A stretch of 64,000 nt of DNA from Clostridia bacterium (GTDB taxonomy: Bacteria > Bacillota > Clostridia > Christensenellales > CAG-138): assembly GCA_017538255.1 (NCBI GenBank), contig JAFYJD010000025.1, positions 131,573-195,572 of the forward strand, written 5' to 3'. Below, piece after piece: positions 47,881-57,899 of the stretch. A program made the position numbers and the translations under genes. Under the pieces are notes generated by a model, which saw only the letters and a program-made list of their open reading frames with translations, searched no databases and was not told the origin of the DNA. Position 1 is the stretch's first letter. Each line of letters begins with the position of its first letter.

Positions 47881-48969
47881 TCACTCGATATAGTCCTTGA
47901 GGCGTTTGCTTCTCGACGGATGTTTGAGTTTTCTGAGCGCCTTTGCTTCGATCTGACGGATGCGCTCGCGGGTAACGTTGAACTCCTTGCCCACGTCTTC
48001 GAGAGTTCTGTTCTTGCCGTCAACAAGACCGTAGCGGAGTTTGAGCACGCGCGCTTCACGGGGAGTCAGCGTGTTGAGCACCTCGGTAAGCTGCTTTTTG
48101 AGCATCGCGTAGGTCGCCATACTGTCGGGTGCTGGCGCTTCGTCGTCGGGGATGAAGTCGCCGAGGTGGCTGTCCTCCTCCTCGCCGATAGGCGTTTCGA
48201 GCGATACGGGCTCCTGCGCGATCTTGATGATCTCGCGCACCTTTTCCTCGCTGTAGCCGAGTTTCTGGGCGATCTCATCGGGACGGGGCTCGCGGCCGAG
48301 TTCCTGAAGCAGTTCGCGGTTTACGCGGACAAGTTTGTTTATCGTTTCGACCATATGCACGGGAATGCGGATGGTCCTTGCCTGATCTGCGATCGCACGG
48401 GTTATTGCCTGACGGATCCACCAGGTCGCATAGGTCGAGAACTTATAGCCTTTGCGGTAATCGAACTTATCGACCGCCTTGATGAGACCGAGGTTGCCTT
48501 CCTGGATCAGATCGAGGAACTGCATTCCCCTGCCCACATAGCGTTTTGCGACGCTGACTACAAGGCGAAGGTTGGCTTCTGTCAACTGCTGCTTTGCCTC
48601 TTCGTCGCCGTCCGCCATACGCTGGGCGATCTCCTTTTCCTCTGGTTCTGACAGAAGCGGTACCTTGCCGATATCCTTGAGATACATACGCACCGGATCG
48701 TCTATGGAGATGCCCTCTGCAGCGGCGAACTTTGCGCTGATCTCGACGACCTCGTCTGAAGCGAGTTCGTTCTGATCCACTTCCTCAACAACGTCGATGT
48801 TCGCGTCCTCAAAGCGGTCGTAGACAACTTCCATCTGGTCGACATCGAGCAGGTCTCCGCCGAGCGTGTCTATGACCTCTTTATATGTCAATTCGCCCTT
48901 GTCCTTGCCCCTCTCGATCAACTCGTCCACCTTGCGCATTGACGACATTCTCTCTTGTGTTTCCAACAT
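47881..48969 (-). CDS. rpoD: RNA polymerase primary sigma factor
   Basis: 362 aa with conserved regions 2 to 4 ([36 protein letters not shown]; [20 protein letters not shown]). GGAGG RBS. Located downstream of dnaG. Confidence 0.95.
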   Translation of the reverse strand: MLETQERMSSMRKVDELIERGKDKGELTYKEVIDTLGGDLLDVDQMEVVYDRFEDANIDVVEEVDQNELASDEVVEISAKFAAAEGISIDDPVRMYLKDIGKVPLLSEPEEKEIAQRMADGDEEAKQQLTEANLRLVVSVAKRYVGRGMQFLDLIQEGNLGLIKAVDKFDYRKGYKFSTYATWWIRQAITRAIADQARTIRIPVHMVETINKLVRVNRELLQELGREPRPDEIAQKLGYSEEKVREIIKIAQEPVSLETPIGEEEDSHLGDFIPDDEAPAPDSMATYAMLKKQLTEVLNTLTPREARVLKLRYGLVDGKNRTLEDVGKEFNVTRERIRQIEAKALRKLKHPSRSKRLKDYIE

Positions 48970-49021
48970 ATTTTATACCTCCAAAGGTTTTTTCTTTTGT
49001 TAATTGAAGCGCCATGGCGCC

Positions 49022-50806
49022 TTAATCCGTATCGGAGCGGTTTTTCTTTATAAGTTCCATCTGCATCCTCAAAAGTTCTGCGCGCTTTTGAGGATCGGTT
49101 TCCGCCGTCATCCTGTCGGACAGGGCGCGGATCTCATCCTCCCTCTCGCCGCGCAGTATCGCCGAGATGCAGTCCGCCGCAGTATCTATAGGATTCAGGA
49201 TATCCTCGGACTGCGCCGCCGCGTCGGCGGCCGCGTCCGCGACCTCGCCCTCAAATCCCGCAAGCAGGCTTCGCATATCGACCTTGCTGTTTCTTTCATA
49301 GGCGGTCTTAATCGCTTGTGAAAAGCGTTTGAGCGCCGGCTCTGTAAAGAGGTCATACGAAAAACCGTTCAGTTGCTCTATTGAAGCCGCAACGCCTCTG
49401 TCCGAAAGCATACAGGCCAGCAGCATTATCTCGATCTTTACGCGCTTATCAAAGCCCGTCGGCCGCTTATAGGCGCCGGGGATGCTCTCCCCCGCTTTGG
49501 TTCCCGTTTCCGTGGGTTTACTTAGGCCGCATTGCTGTTCTATAACGCTTACTGCGATGCCGCTCTTTTCCGATACGGTTTTGATGTATCTTGCGCGTTC
49601 GACCGGAGAAAGCGAAGCAAGCAGCGAGCAGGCGTTTTCGGCAAAGGTCTGCCTTCCGTCCGGCGTGTCCATATTTACTGATGCGGCAAGATGCTCTATC
49701 TTGAATTGGACCGCCGTAAGCGCGGAATCGCGAAGGCTCAAAAACGCGCCGCGCCCGTATTTTCGGATGTATTCGTCGGGATCGTCGCCGCCCGGGAGCA
49801 TTATCACACGCGGCTCAACGCCGCCCCGGGTGAGAATGTCCACACCTCGGAGCATCGCCTTTTGACCCGCGGCGTCGCCGTCGTAGGCGTACACCGCCCG
49901 CTTTGCAAAGCGACTCATTAGGCGCACCTGCTGGCTCGTCAGCGCCGTGCCGAGCGACGCGACAGCGTTGTCTATACCGTTTTGATGCAGGCTGATAACA
50001 TCCATATAGCCCTCGGCGATGATGAGTTCGTCGAGTTTTTTGCCCTTCATCATATTGATGGCGTATACATTGTGTTTTTTGTCATAAACAGGCGTGGTGC
50101 CCGTGTTCATATACTTGCGTTCGCTCTCGTCGCCTTCGATTATCCTGCCGCCGAACGCGAGCACGGTCCCACTTGCCGATATTACGGGGAACATCAGCCT
50201 GCCTCGGAAAAAGTCGAATGTACGTTCCCCGTCCTTGCGGCCTTTGACGCAAAGTCCCGCCGAAACGAGTTCGTCGCGCGTGTAGCCGAGTTTTTGCATA
50301 TGCACATACAGGGCGTCCCAATCGTTCGGGGAATAGCCGAGCCCGAAGCGCTTTGCGGTATTCGGATCGATGCCGCGGCGTTCGAGATATTGCCTTGCCT
50401 TCGCGCCCTCCGCGGAGCGCAGCACACCGTAATAGAATCTTGCCGCCTCACGGTTTGCATCGTAGAGCCGGTCCCTAAGCGCCTTTTCTGCGATGAGTTT
50501 GGCGTCGTCTATCTCATCGGGCATATTCATACCCGCGCGCTGAGCGAGAAAACGCACGGCTTCGGAATAGGACAGGCTCTCCGCCTGCATAATGAACTGG
50601 ATCACGCTTCCGCCCGCCTTGCAGCTGAAACAATGAAAAAGCTGCTTGTCTGGAGAAACAGAGAACGACGGGTTTCGTTCGGGGTGGAACGGACAATGGC
50701 CCCACATTCTGCCGCCCTTTGATTCAAGGCGCGTATACTCCGAAATAACGGAAACGATCTCGTTTTTGTTCATCAGTTCGTTCATCCACGATTCCGGAAA
50801 TGCCAT
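49022..50806 (-). CDS. dnaG: DNA primase
   Basis: CHC2 zinc finger (HCPFHPERNPSFSV...FHCFSCKAGG) and a TOPRIM region (IIAEGYMDVISL). Start trimmed to ATG 50806 after AGGTGG. Confidence 0.92.
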   Translation of the reverse strand: MAFPESWMNELMNKNEIVSVISEYTRLESKGGRMWGHCPFHPERNPSFSVSPDKQLFHCFSCKAGGSVIQFIMQAESLSYSEAVRFLAQRAGMNMPDEIDDAKLIAEKALRDRLYDANREAARFYYGVLRSAEGAKARQYLERRGIDPNTAKRFGLGYSPNDWDALYVHMQKLGYTRDELVSAGLCVKGRKDGERTFDFFRGRLMFPVISASGTVLAFGGRIIEGDESERKYMNTGTTPVYDKKHNVYAINMMKGKKLDELIIAEGYMDVISLHQNGIDNAVASLGTALTSQQVRLMSRFAKRAVYAYDGDAAGQKAMLRGVDILTRGGVEPRVIMLPGGDDPDEYIRKYGRGAFLSLRDSALTAVQFKIEHLAASVNMDTPDGRQTFAENACSLLASLSPVERARYIKTVSEKSGIAVSVIEQQCGLSKPTETGTKAGESIPGAYKRPTGFDKRVKIEIMLLACMLSDRGVAASIEQLNGFSYDLFTEPALKRFSQAIKTAYERNSKVDMRSLLAGFEGEVADAAADAAAQSEDILNPIDTAADCISAILRGEREDEIRALSDRMTAETDPQKRAELLRMQMELIKKNRSDTD

Positions 50807-50961
50807 CGTTTCACCACCTGTCCGAATAGAATTGAAGCGACCTAAAAATACATTATTATTCAAATCCCAACAACTCTCTATTACTTCGAAAAAGCGCCAA
50901 TCCCTGCACGCTGATACTCAAATTCCCGTAAAAGTCCCAATATATTATCAGTAATGTGCAT

Positions 50962-51393
50962 TTATAGGATATTCCCTATCGAAAGGCGGTTGTATTCCGC
51001 GAAAAGTTCTATGTACGCGAGTATGCCGGAAAGCGCCTGCGTGTATTCGTTAACGTCGCCGTTTGTACCGAGTTCCACCATTTCGCCGGAGAATCGTTTC
51101 AGTTCGTGGATGTCCCTATGGCTCGCAAACAGCATAAGCCGAGTTTCGTTTTCTTCGATTATCGCGTCGATCTCTTTTGCTATCGAAAAAACTCGCGCGT
51201 TATCCCCCGCTTGCGCCGCATCGAACGCCTCGTAGACAAGCGGTTCGATCCTGTTGTGCAGCGAATCCGTAAACATAACCGATACTGCAAAGATCGCGGC
51301 AAGGAACACGATCGAAGCGACGAGCGCGATATTTGCGGCAAGCGAACGGTTTTTCAGATGTTTTATGAGCCTTTTGTCGATACTCGTGTTCAT
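50962..51393 (-). CDS. DUF4363-like small membrane-anchored protein
   Basis: 143 aa with one N-terminal TM helix. Its ATG overlaps the stop of the upstream DUF421-like gene. DUF421/DUF4363 is a recurrent Firmicute gene pair. Confidence 0.6.
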   Translation of the reverse strand: MNTSIDKRLIKHLKNRSLAANIALVASIVFLAAIFAVSVMFTDSLHNRIEPLVYEAFDAAQAGDNARVFSIAKEIDAIIEENETRLMLFASHRDIHELKRFSGEMVELGTNGDVNEYTQALSGILAYIELFAEYNRLSIGNIL

Positions 51394-52121
51394 TTTTGTT
51401 TACCTTTTTTGAAGTTGCTTAGTGTGAGAACTCTTGCCTCCTCAACAAACTTTTCTTTTTGCTGAGCGTGAAGCGTTCCGTCTGCGTCGAGTGCGGCGTA
51501 GAAGCATTTTTCCGCGCTGCCCGCGCCCATTCGCCTCAATGCTTCGCAGAGGGTCTTTTCTTCGATGCCGGAAGCGCGAACGGCGTGCTTATGCAGCTTC
51601 CCGTCCATAACGAGTATGACGGACGGCGCGGACGATTCGGCGCTTAGACCGAGATCCTCACGCGACGGCTGCTGCTTTTCGCTTTTGAGCATCACACTCA
51701 AACTGCCGTTTGTTTCAAGTATCGCATACTCCACATCCGAAAGCGAGAATACGTCCTTTAAGCGCAGCTGCTCATATAGATCGGACAGGCTGTAATTTGC
51801 TGACTTCATCGCGCTCTCGCAAACCACCCCGTGCGAAACGATCACGACGGGGCTGCCGCATACGAGTTTGCGCAGTTTTTCGCTTTTAAGCGACGCAAAC
51901 GAAACTAAGCGCTGAACTATGAACAACGCAACGATCGGTATGATGCCGTATAACAGCGGTATCGCGGTATCGCCCATTGGAAGCGAGGCAAGATTGGCGA
52001 TCAGCAGCGTAACAGCAAGATCGAACGGCTGCATCTCGTTGATCTGCCTTTTACCCATCAGCCGAAGCACGACGAACATCAAAAAATACACCAAAAGCGT
52101 TCTGACGAACAATGTTGACAT
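51390..52121 (-). CDS. DUF421 (YetF-like) membrane protein
   Basis: N-terminal TM region with RLMGKRQINEMQPFDLAVTLLIA, followed by a soluble C-terminal domain. Confidence 0.7.
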   Translation of the reverse strand: MSTLFVRTLLVYFLMFVVLRLMGKRQINEMQPFDLAVTLLIANLASLPMGDTAIPLLYGIIPIVALFIVQRLVSFASLKSEKLRKLVCGSPVVIVSHGVVCESAMKSANYSLSDLYEQLRLKDVFSLSDVEYAILETNGSLSVMLKSEKQQPSREDLGLSAESSAPSVILVMDGKLHKHAVRASGIEEKTLCEALRRMGAGSAEKCFYAALDADGTLHAQQKEKFVEEARVLTLSNFKKGKQK

Positions 52122-52837
52122 AATAATTCTCCTTTATTGTTGAGTTTTTCCTTAAAGTGATTATTTGATACAAAACAAAGGAAAATTGTAAAGCGCTGTA
52201 TGCGATAAAACCTAAAATTGCGAGTTGATGAGATTGTTAAAAAGAAATAGTGTTGGCATAACGAGCAAATCGGACTGCGCTTTTATGCGTAGTCCGAAAC
52301 TTTACGCCGATACCCATCCATAGCCTTGCACGGCCATATCGATAAAGTTAGACAGCAGTACCAATGACAGAAAAACTGAATAACAAGCCATATTACAAGG
52401 ATGGCAAACAAGATCCATTTGCCTGCAGGCTGAAACAAGTAATAGGTGATCAGACCTATGCTTGTATAGACAGATCATGCCAAACTACGCGCTCTTGATC
52501 CCTATTCCTTCAACCAGAAGCAGTTTACCGAAACGCCACGTTATCGTGCATCCCGGAAACCATATCTAAAGAAATAATTGCGCAATTAACGCAAATACCA
52601 TTTACCCTCCTTCGATTTCCCAATTCACGATTTCTCGCCGTCTATTATACCGACGATTTATGAACATTTCTACCGATAAAAACAGCCGGGACACCCCGAC
52701 TTCCACAACTTACCCCTCAAGCGGCGAAACTGCTGTAGGAATAATTAAATTGTATCAATCTCGGTGTTTTTATATCGAGGAACTTTTTATCGCCCGGCTG
52801 GGGATCGAGAACCTCCACCATAAGCGGACGCATAGAG

Positions 52838-53042
52838 TCAGGCGCTTGCGCATCGTTTCGATCTCTCAAGCAATCCGGCGCGCGACTTTCGGCCCTCGAG
52901 CGGCTTCGCTGCGTTTTCGGGTATCATAAAAGGGTGCCCTTGCGGATAACGCCGGGTATCTTGCCCTCAGCGCATAGCACACGCACGCGCCGCACAGTAA
53001 GCCCCCATTTTCAGCCGCTTTTGATACTTTGATATAGTCCAT
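52838..53042 (-). pseudogene. frameshifted small HTH (MerR/excisionase-like) DNA-binding protein gene
   Basis: GGAGG RBS plus ATG 53042 gives MDYIKVSKAAEN. The expected continuation KWGLTVRRVRVLCAEGKIPGVIRKGTLL and then MIPENAAKPLEGRKSRAGLLER appear only in the two other frames, so there are at least two frameshifts. Confidence 0.65.
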
Positions 53043-53371
53043 TGGAGTTCCTCCGTATCGTTTAGAAGAATACACAGCATATTATACTTAAAATTAGGAA
53101 TAAAATCAATGACGGGATTAGAAATGACGAGGATAAATGTTCCCTTTTATTCAATATAAACATAGCATGAAACCCCTTTTGCGGTATATGGCAAATGTCT
53201 GCATCTTGATATTGTGTTGCAGTTGTAAATGTGTCCCTCTATCCGGTACGGATCACTTCGAGAAGAACATCAAACAGGATACGCGCCAAGGCGTTGCGGT
53301 GGAGTATGTGCCGCAGGCGATAAGCGAATAAACATTATCAAGTATTTAACACAACATTCGTACCGAAAAGA

Positions 53372-53416
53372 GTAAAACAAAACGAGCATTGATCCCAAAT
53401 CCGTTATCAATGCTCG
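53372..53416 (-). terminator. intrinsic terminator after the tRNA-Ser pair
   Basis: 11-bp stem cgagcattgat/atcaatgctcg followed by TTTTGTTTT on the minus strand. Confidence 0.75.
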
Positions 53417-53419
53417 CTA

Positions 53420-53512
53420 TGGCGGAGAAGGAGGGATTTGAACCCTCGCGCCCCTTCGCAGAGCCTACTCCCTTAGCAGGGGAGCCCCTTACAGCCACTT
53501 GGGTACTTCTCC
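53420..53512 (-). tRNA. tRNA-Ser (anticodon GCT), long variable arm, CCA encoded
   Basis: Hand fold: acceptor GGAGAAG/CTTCTCC, anticodon stem-loop ctccc-CTGCTAA-gggag, long extra arm, T-loop TTCAAAT. Confidence 0.88.
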
Positions 53513-53517
53513 GTATA

Positions 53518-53606
53518 TGGCGGAGAGAGAGGGATTCGAACCCCCGGTGCCTTGCGGCATCACCGGTTTTCAAGACCGGCTCCATAAACCACTCGGACAT
53601 CTCTCC
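53518..53606 (-). tRNA. tRNA-Ser (anticodon TGA), long variable arm, CCA encoded
   Basis: Hand fold: acceptor GGAGAGA/TCTCTCC, anticodon stem-loop ccggt-CTTGAAA-accgg, long extra arm, T-loop TTCGAAT. Confidence 0.88.
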
Positions 53607-53623
53607 CTATTCACAACAAGGGC

Positions 53624-53652
53624 ATTATAACAAAGCGAGTGCCCGTTGTCAA
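53624..53652 (-). promoter_or_regulatory. consensus sigma-A promoter for the tRNA-Ser pair
   Basis: The minus strand reads TTGACA-17 nt-TATAAT. The -10 ends 17 nt before the first tRNA. Confidence 0.65.
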
Positions 53653-53784
53653 GCACAATCGACACGGTTTTTGTATACAATGCTGTTCGCCGCATAAAAA
53701 AGCAATGCGTTTTCGGCTTATGTATGCTATAATAGTATGTGCAGGTACTCAAGTGTATCATACGGCAGGAAAGGAGCAATCATT

Positions 53785-54453
53785 ATGAAAAGAACGATCA
53801 TCGTAAAGGGCGTCGGAACGCTCAAAACCAAACCCGACCGCGTTAAACTGACCCTTACTCTCGAGGCGCGGAACAAGGACTACGAGACCGCGATGCGGCT
53901 GTCCGACAAGCAGATCGCCGACCTCGGCGCGGCGCTTGTCGAGGCGGGCTTTGACAAGAACGAACTCAAGACCACCAACTTCAACGTTCATACCAATTAC
54001 GAGGGCGTTCACGACGAGCGCGGCAACTACCGCACGGTGTTTGACTGCTATATCTGCATGCACGATCTGACGCTCACCTTTGATTATGACAACGCGCTCA
54101 TTTCGAAGGCGCTTTCCGCGATCGCCAAATGCGAGGCCGATCCCCAACTTAACATCGCATTTACGGTTAAGGATCCCGCAGCGATAAAGGATAAACTGCT
54201 TGCTTCTGCCGCAGAAAACGCGCACAAAAAGGCCGAGATCCTCTGCGCGGCTTCGGGAGTTCAGCTCGGGCAGCTCATCAATATCAACTACAACTGGGGC
54301 GATGTAAACGTGTATTCCAACACACGCTTTATGAACGCCAAGAATTCTGTTGCTAATGAGGGCTATGGCGCGGCGCTCGCCTTTGACTCATCGATGCTTC
54401 CGGAGGATATAGTTTCTCAGGATTCGGTCAACTTTACCTGGGAAATCATCTGA
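53785..54453 (+). CDS. SIMPL (DUF541) domain protein
   Basis: Track ORF trimmed to MKRTIIVKGVG at 53785 (AAAGGAG RBS). The pattern fits SIMPL/26-kDa periplasmic-antigen-like proteins. Confidence 0.7.
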   Translation: MKRTIIVKGVGTLKTKPDRVKLTLTLEARNKDYETAMRLSDKQIADLGAALVEAGFDKNELKTTNFNVHTNYEGVHDERGNYRTVFDCYICMHDLTLTFDYDNALISKALSAIAKCEADPQLNIAFTVKDPAAIKDKLLASAAENAHKKAEILCAASGVQLGQLININYNWGDVNVYSNTRFMNAKNSVANEGYGAALAFDSSMLPEDIVSQDSVNFTWEII

Positions 54454-54463
54454 TAAATCGACA

Positions 54464-54495
54464 AAAAAACGCCGTATCGACCGATACGGCGTTTT
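54464..54495. terminator. bidirectional intrinsic terminator
   Basis: Stem aacgccgtatcg/cgatacggcgtt flanked by A7 and T4. Confidence 0.75.
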
Positions 54496-54503
54496 GATCG
54501 CGG

Positions 54504-55100
54504 TCATTCCGCATCCGACCGTGCCTGAACATCCGGCACGGTTTTTATTATGCGCCGAAAACTGCCGTTTTCAAACTCCAGCATAAAGCCACAGCCGGGC
54601 TCGGCCTTATAGTCGTACCTTGTGCCGGCACCGACGAGCCTTGAAAGAACGCCGCCGATCACTCCGCTGTGGGTGATCACGACCGCGTCCTCCCCCGCCT
54701 CCGCTATCCTTTTGATCGCCGCGAGCGCACGCTCCGTTACGATGTTTCCGCTCTCGCCGTTTGGGCAGACGTTTGCTTCGTTATCGCCCGTTATCCATTC
54801 GATAAAGGCGGGATCGTCCTTGAGTTGTTCGTATGAGCGCATCTCAAAATCGCCCAAGTCTATCTCCCTTAAATCAGTCAGAGCCTCGTGCGGAACATCA
54901 CCGTAGAGTATTTTAAATGTTTGCTCCGTGCGTAGCATACCGCTTGTATAATACCTTTTTGCCTTGGGATAGCCGCCCTCATCCCTGAGCGTTTCCAATT
55001 GACGAACGCCTTCGCTTGTAAGCGGAATATCGGTACTTCCATAGTACAGTCCGTTAATATTGCCCTCGGTCAGCCCGTGGCGGATCAGCGTAAGGATCAT
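54504..55100 (-). CDS. cobC: histidine-phosphatase-family protein, probable alpha-ribazole phosphatase
   Basis: LIRHGLTEGN (RHG motif). Start trimmed to ATG 55100, which overlaps the upstream stop (ATGA). Last gene of the cob nucleotide-loop operon. Confidence 0.75.
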   Translation of the reverse strand: MILTLIRHGLTEGNINGLYYGSTDIPLTSEGVRQLETLRDEGGYPKAKRYYTSGMLRTEQTFKILYGDVPHEALTDLREIDLGDFEMRSYEQLKDDPAFIEWITGDNEANVCPNGESGNIVTERALAAIKRIAEAGEDAVVITHSGVIGGVLSRLVGAGTRYDYKAEPGCGFMLEFENGSFRRIIKTVPDVQARSDAE

Positions 55101-55477
55101 TTGAGTACCTCCGCTATACCGTAGAATACGCGAATAACGCTTTCGGCGCGCCTCGCAAGCGCGCGCAGCACTTCGCCGTGCAGTTCGCGCCACGCACGCT
55201 CGATTTTATCAATCGGCACCACCCCGCTGCCGATCTCGCGCGAGATGATTACGGCGTGCGGGCCGAGCGTTGCGAGCACGGCGAGCACTTCTTCCGTGGT
55301 TTTGCCGTTTTCCGCCGCGCAACGGGTCAGCGCTTCGAGATGATATGCGCACATAAACTCCGAGGCTTGATCCTGCTCCTCTGCGGCAAGGTCGATGCAG
55401 TCGCTTTTTGATAAGCCGAAGTTTTCAAGCGCATAGGTCAGTTTTCCGTTATATGCGCCGCCGATTATGAGTACCAT
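55097..55477 (-). CDS. short CobU-like protein with a degenerate P-loop
   Basis: 126 aa. It has IIGGAYNGKL where CobU has GGxxSGKS. The C-terminal ISREIGSGVVPIDKIERAWRELHGEVLRALA resembles the CobU C-terminus. Confidence 0.5.
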   Translation of the reverse strand: MVLIIGGAYNGKLTYALENFGLSKSDCIDLAAEEQDQASEFMCAYHLEALTRCAAENGKTTEEVLAVLATLGPHAVIISREIGSGVVPIDKIERAWRELHGEVLRALARRAESVIRVFYGIAEVLK

Positions 55478-55486
55478 AGTTATCTC

Positions 55487-56233
55487 CTATCCGATTATCG
55501 CAAGTATCAGCGTTCCCGCAAGTTCGGCGGCGGTCAGCGCAAAACCCGAGATATCGCCGTTCATTCCGCCGAGCCCCTTAACGCCGCGAAGCGTGCAGAG
55601 CCAGAACACCGCCGCTGCGGCAAGCGGCGCGATGCCTTTGACGCCGAAAAGCACTATCGGCAAGACAAAGCACGCAGTCATTACGAGCGCGAGGAACACC
55701 CTGTACGCGGGCTTTGCCTCGGTTTTTGAGTATTGGCTCGAGTCCATAGCGCGAACGGAGAGCACCGCAAGCCCCGCGCAGGCGCGAGTCGTTATCGGTA
55801 TCACCGCAAGCACGATGTGTAGCGCGCGGTCGAACTCCGCCGTAAGAAATACGCAGAACTGGGCAAGGATCACGAGTATCAGCGCGATAACACCAAACGC
55901 GCCTATATGCGGATCCTTGAGTATTCTGCGCTTGGTTTCAAGATCCCTGCGCGAGAGTAGCGCATCCGCAACGTCGGAGAAGCCGTCGAGATGGATAAAG
56001 CCGGTTATCAGCCACGGGAACGCCGCCAAAACAAGCGCGGCAAGCGGCTTTGGGCAACTTATCAGCGGCATAAGGTATGCGATAAGCGCCCATAAAACGC
56101 CGATTATGAGCCCGATGAACGGAAAGACGGCGAGCATACGGGCTCCGGCGTTCTCGTTCCATTTGGTGAACGGACAGGGTATCGCGAGGAACATTCCCCA
56201 CGCCATAAAGATCGCGTAAAACCAAAGTTTCAT
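55487..56233 (-). CDS. cobS: adenosylcobinamide-GDP ribazoletransferase (cobalamin synthase)
   Basis: 248-aa polytopic membrane protein with GFIHLDGFSDVADAL and GGMNGD motifs. Confidence 0.85.
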   Translation of the reverse strand: MKLWFYAIFMAWGMFLAIPCPFTKWNENAGARMLAVFPFIGLIIGVLWALIAYLMPLISCPKPLAALVLAAFPWLITGFIHLDGFSDVADALLSRRDLETKRRILKDPHIGAFGVIALILVILAQFCVFLTAEFDRALHIVLAVIPITTRACAGLAVLSVRAMDSSQYSKTEAKPAYRVFLALVMTACFVLPIVLFGVKGIAPLAAAAVFWLCTLRGVKGLGGMNGDISGFALTAAELAGTLILAIIG

Positions 56234-56799
56234 TCTATGCCCCCCTTATTGATAAAGATCGCCTCGCCCTTATGCGCGATGACGCTGCCGGCACAGGCTT
56301 CATAGACGGCGTTCGCTTCCTTTGCGATCCCGCGCAAGATATACGCAAGACCTTTTAGATACGCGTTCGTGTATTCGTCGAATATGCCGCCGTCCCTTAA
56401 AATATCGTCCGCAACGAAAACGATGTTTTTGACGCGCTTTGCAAGTTCCATCGTGTCCGCGAGCACCCTTTCGGGAGAAGACGCATCGAACGCGAACTCG
56501 CCGTTCGCCGTTTTGAACATCTCATTTGCAAGAAGCGCGGTAAAACTGTCGAAAAGCACGGTCGCGCCCTCGCCCATCGCTTCGCCCTCGAGTATGTTCT
56601 CGGAGCGTTCTACCGTTGTAAAACCGAGCCCGTCGCGCTCTGTCAAATGTCTTTTGATGCGCGCAAGATCCTCGCCGTCGGTCGGCTTCATCGTGGCGAA
56701 ATAGCAAAGCCCCCCGCCCGTATCCAGTTGTTTGGCGATTTCCTGCGCGATACGGCTTTTGCCGCTCTTGCTGCCGCCGACGATGAGTACGATCATCAA
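56230..56799 (-). CDS. cobU: bifunctional adenosylcobinamide kinase / adenosylcobinamide-phosphate guanylyltransferase
   Basis: P-loop VGGSKSGKS. 189 aa. Overlaps cobS and cobT by 4 nt each. Confidence 0.85.
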   Translation of the reverse strand: MMIVLIVGGSKSGKSRIAQEIAKQLDTGGGLCYFATMKPTDGEDLARIKRHLTERDGLGFTTVERSENILEGEAMGEGATVLFDSFTALLANEMFKTANGEFAFDASSPERVLADTMELAKRVKNIVFVADDILRDGGIFDEYTNAYLKGLAYILRGIAKEANAVYEACAGSVIAHKGEAIFINKGGIE

Positions 56800-57899
56800 G
56801 TTAAGTCCCCGTTTTTTCTTCGCAGTTCGTCAAGATAGCCATCGTCTATGTGCGCCTGTTCAAAGGTCGCCATACCGTTCATCGCGGCGCAGGCGGCCTG
56901 TATCACGCGAAATGCGATCGGACAGCCGCTCCCCTCGCCAAGTCGCATATCAAGCAGCAGATACGGCTCCTCGCCGAACGCTTCCGCGGCAAGGCGATAG
57001 CCCTTTTCGGCGGAGTAATGCGACAGGAATATGTACTCGCGCACAGACGGCGCGAGGTGCAGCGCGATCAGTGCGGCGACGATCGAGATAAAGCCGTCCA
57101 CAACGGCGGGTATGCGGTATTTGGCGCACGCGAGGAACGCGCCTGCCATTGCCGCGATATCGAGCCCTCCGACCTTTGAAACGACGTCTATCGCATCCTC
57201 GGGATCGGGGCTGTTCAATTTCAGTGCGTCGTCGATGACGCGAATCTTGTTTTCAAACGCGGCGTCCGTTAGTCCGCCCCCCCTGCCGGCAACTGCCGAA
57301 GCGGGCGCTCCGAGCAGGCACGCAAGCACCGCCGCCGAAGTGGTGGTATTGCCGATTCCCATCTCGCCTACGCCTACGATGTCAACGCCGTCCGCTTTGG
57401 CCTGTTCGACCGCCTCGATGCCCACGAAGATCGCGCGCAACGCTTCTTCTCGAGTCATGGCGGGACCCCGTCTTATGTTGGCGGTGCCGCGGCGGATGCG
57501 CCTTGCGACCACGCCCTCAAACTCACCTTCCGTGTCTATCCCCACGTCGAAAACGCGCACCGAATCGCCGAAATAGGCGGCGATCGATGACATACCCGTT
57601 ATGTGGCGCGTCATATTGATGCTTTGTGCGAGGGTTACCGATCTTGGCGTTATCGCGACGCCCTCATCCACAACGCCGTTATCCGCTGAGAAAACGAGCA
57701 CGCGGCAGACGCTTATTGTGTTGTCGATCCTGCCCGTTATCCCGGCGAGTTTTACGGCTATCGATTCGAGTTTTCCGAGGCTTCCTATCGGTTTTGCGAG
57801 CGCCGCCTGTCTGCGTTTTGCCTGTTCAACCGCGGCTTTATCCGCAGGCTCGATCGAGCATATGAACGCTTTTAATTCCTGTTCGGCGCGTGAGTTCAT
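56796..57899 (-). CDS. cobT: nicotinate-nucleotide--dimethylbenzimidazole phosphoribosyltransferase
   Basis: GEMGIGNTT motif. Start trimmed to MNSRAEQ at 57899, which overlaps the upstream stop (TAATG). Confidence 0.88.
   Translation of the reverse strand: MNSRAEQELKAFICSIEPADKAAVEQAKRRQAALAKPIGSLGKLESIAVKLAGITGRIDNTISVCRVLVFSADNGVVDEGVAITPRSVTLAQSINMTRHITGMSSIAAYFGDSVRVFDVGIDTEGEFEGVVARRIRRGTANIRRGPAMTREEALRAIFVGIEAVEQAKADGVDIVGVGEMGIGNTTTSAAVLACLLGAPASAVAGRGGGLTDAAFENKIRVIDDALKLNSPDPEDAIDVVSKVGGLDIAAMAGAFLACAKYRIPAVVDGFISIVAALIALHLAPSVREYIFLSHYSAEKGYRLAAEAFGEEPYLLLDMRLGEGSGCPIAFRVIQAACAAMNGMATFEQAHIDDGYLDELRRKNGDLT

Noticed and set aside
47824-50722. Plus-strand ORFs of 275 aa (47824..48651) and 246 aa (49982..50722)
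   Set aside because: They are antisense to rpoD and dnaG respectively.
53137-53331. 64-aa Cys-rich plus-strand ORF (MFPFIQYKHSMKPLLRYMANVCILILCCSCKC...)
   Set aside because: It has no RBS, lies in the decayed AT-rich zone, and its composition fits a random frame.
53346-53697. ORFs of 84 aa (minus) and 102 aa (plus)
   Set aside because: They span the two tRNA-Ser genes and their promoter and terminator.
55467-56219. 250-aa plus-strand ORF
   Set aside because: It is antisense to cobS. Its Ser/Ala/Pro-rich composition is typical of a shadow frame.
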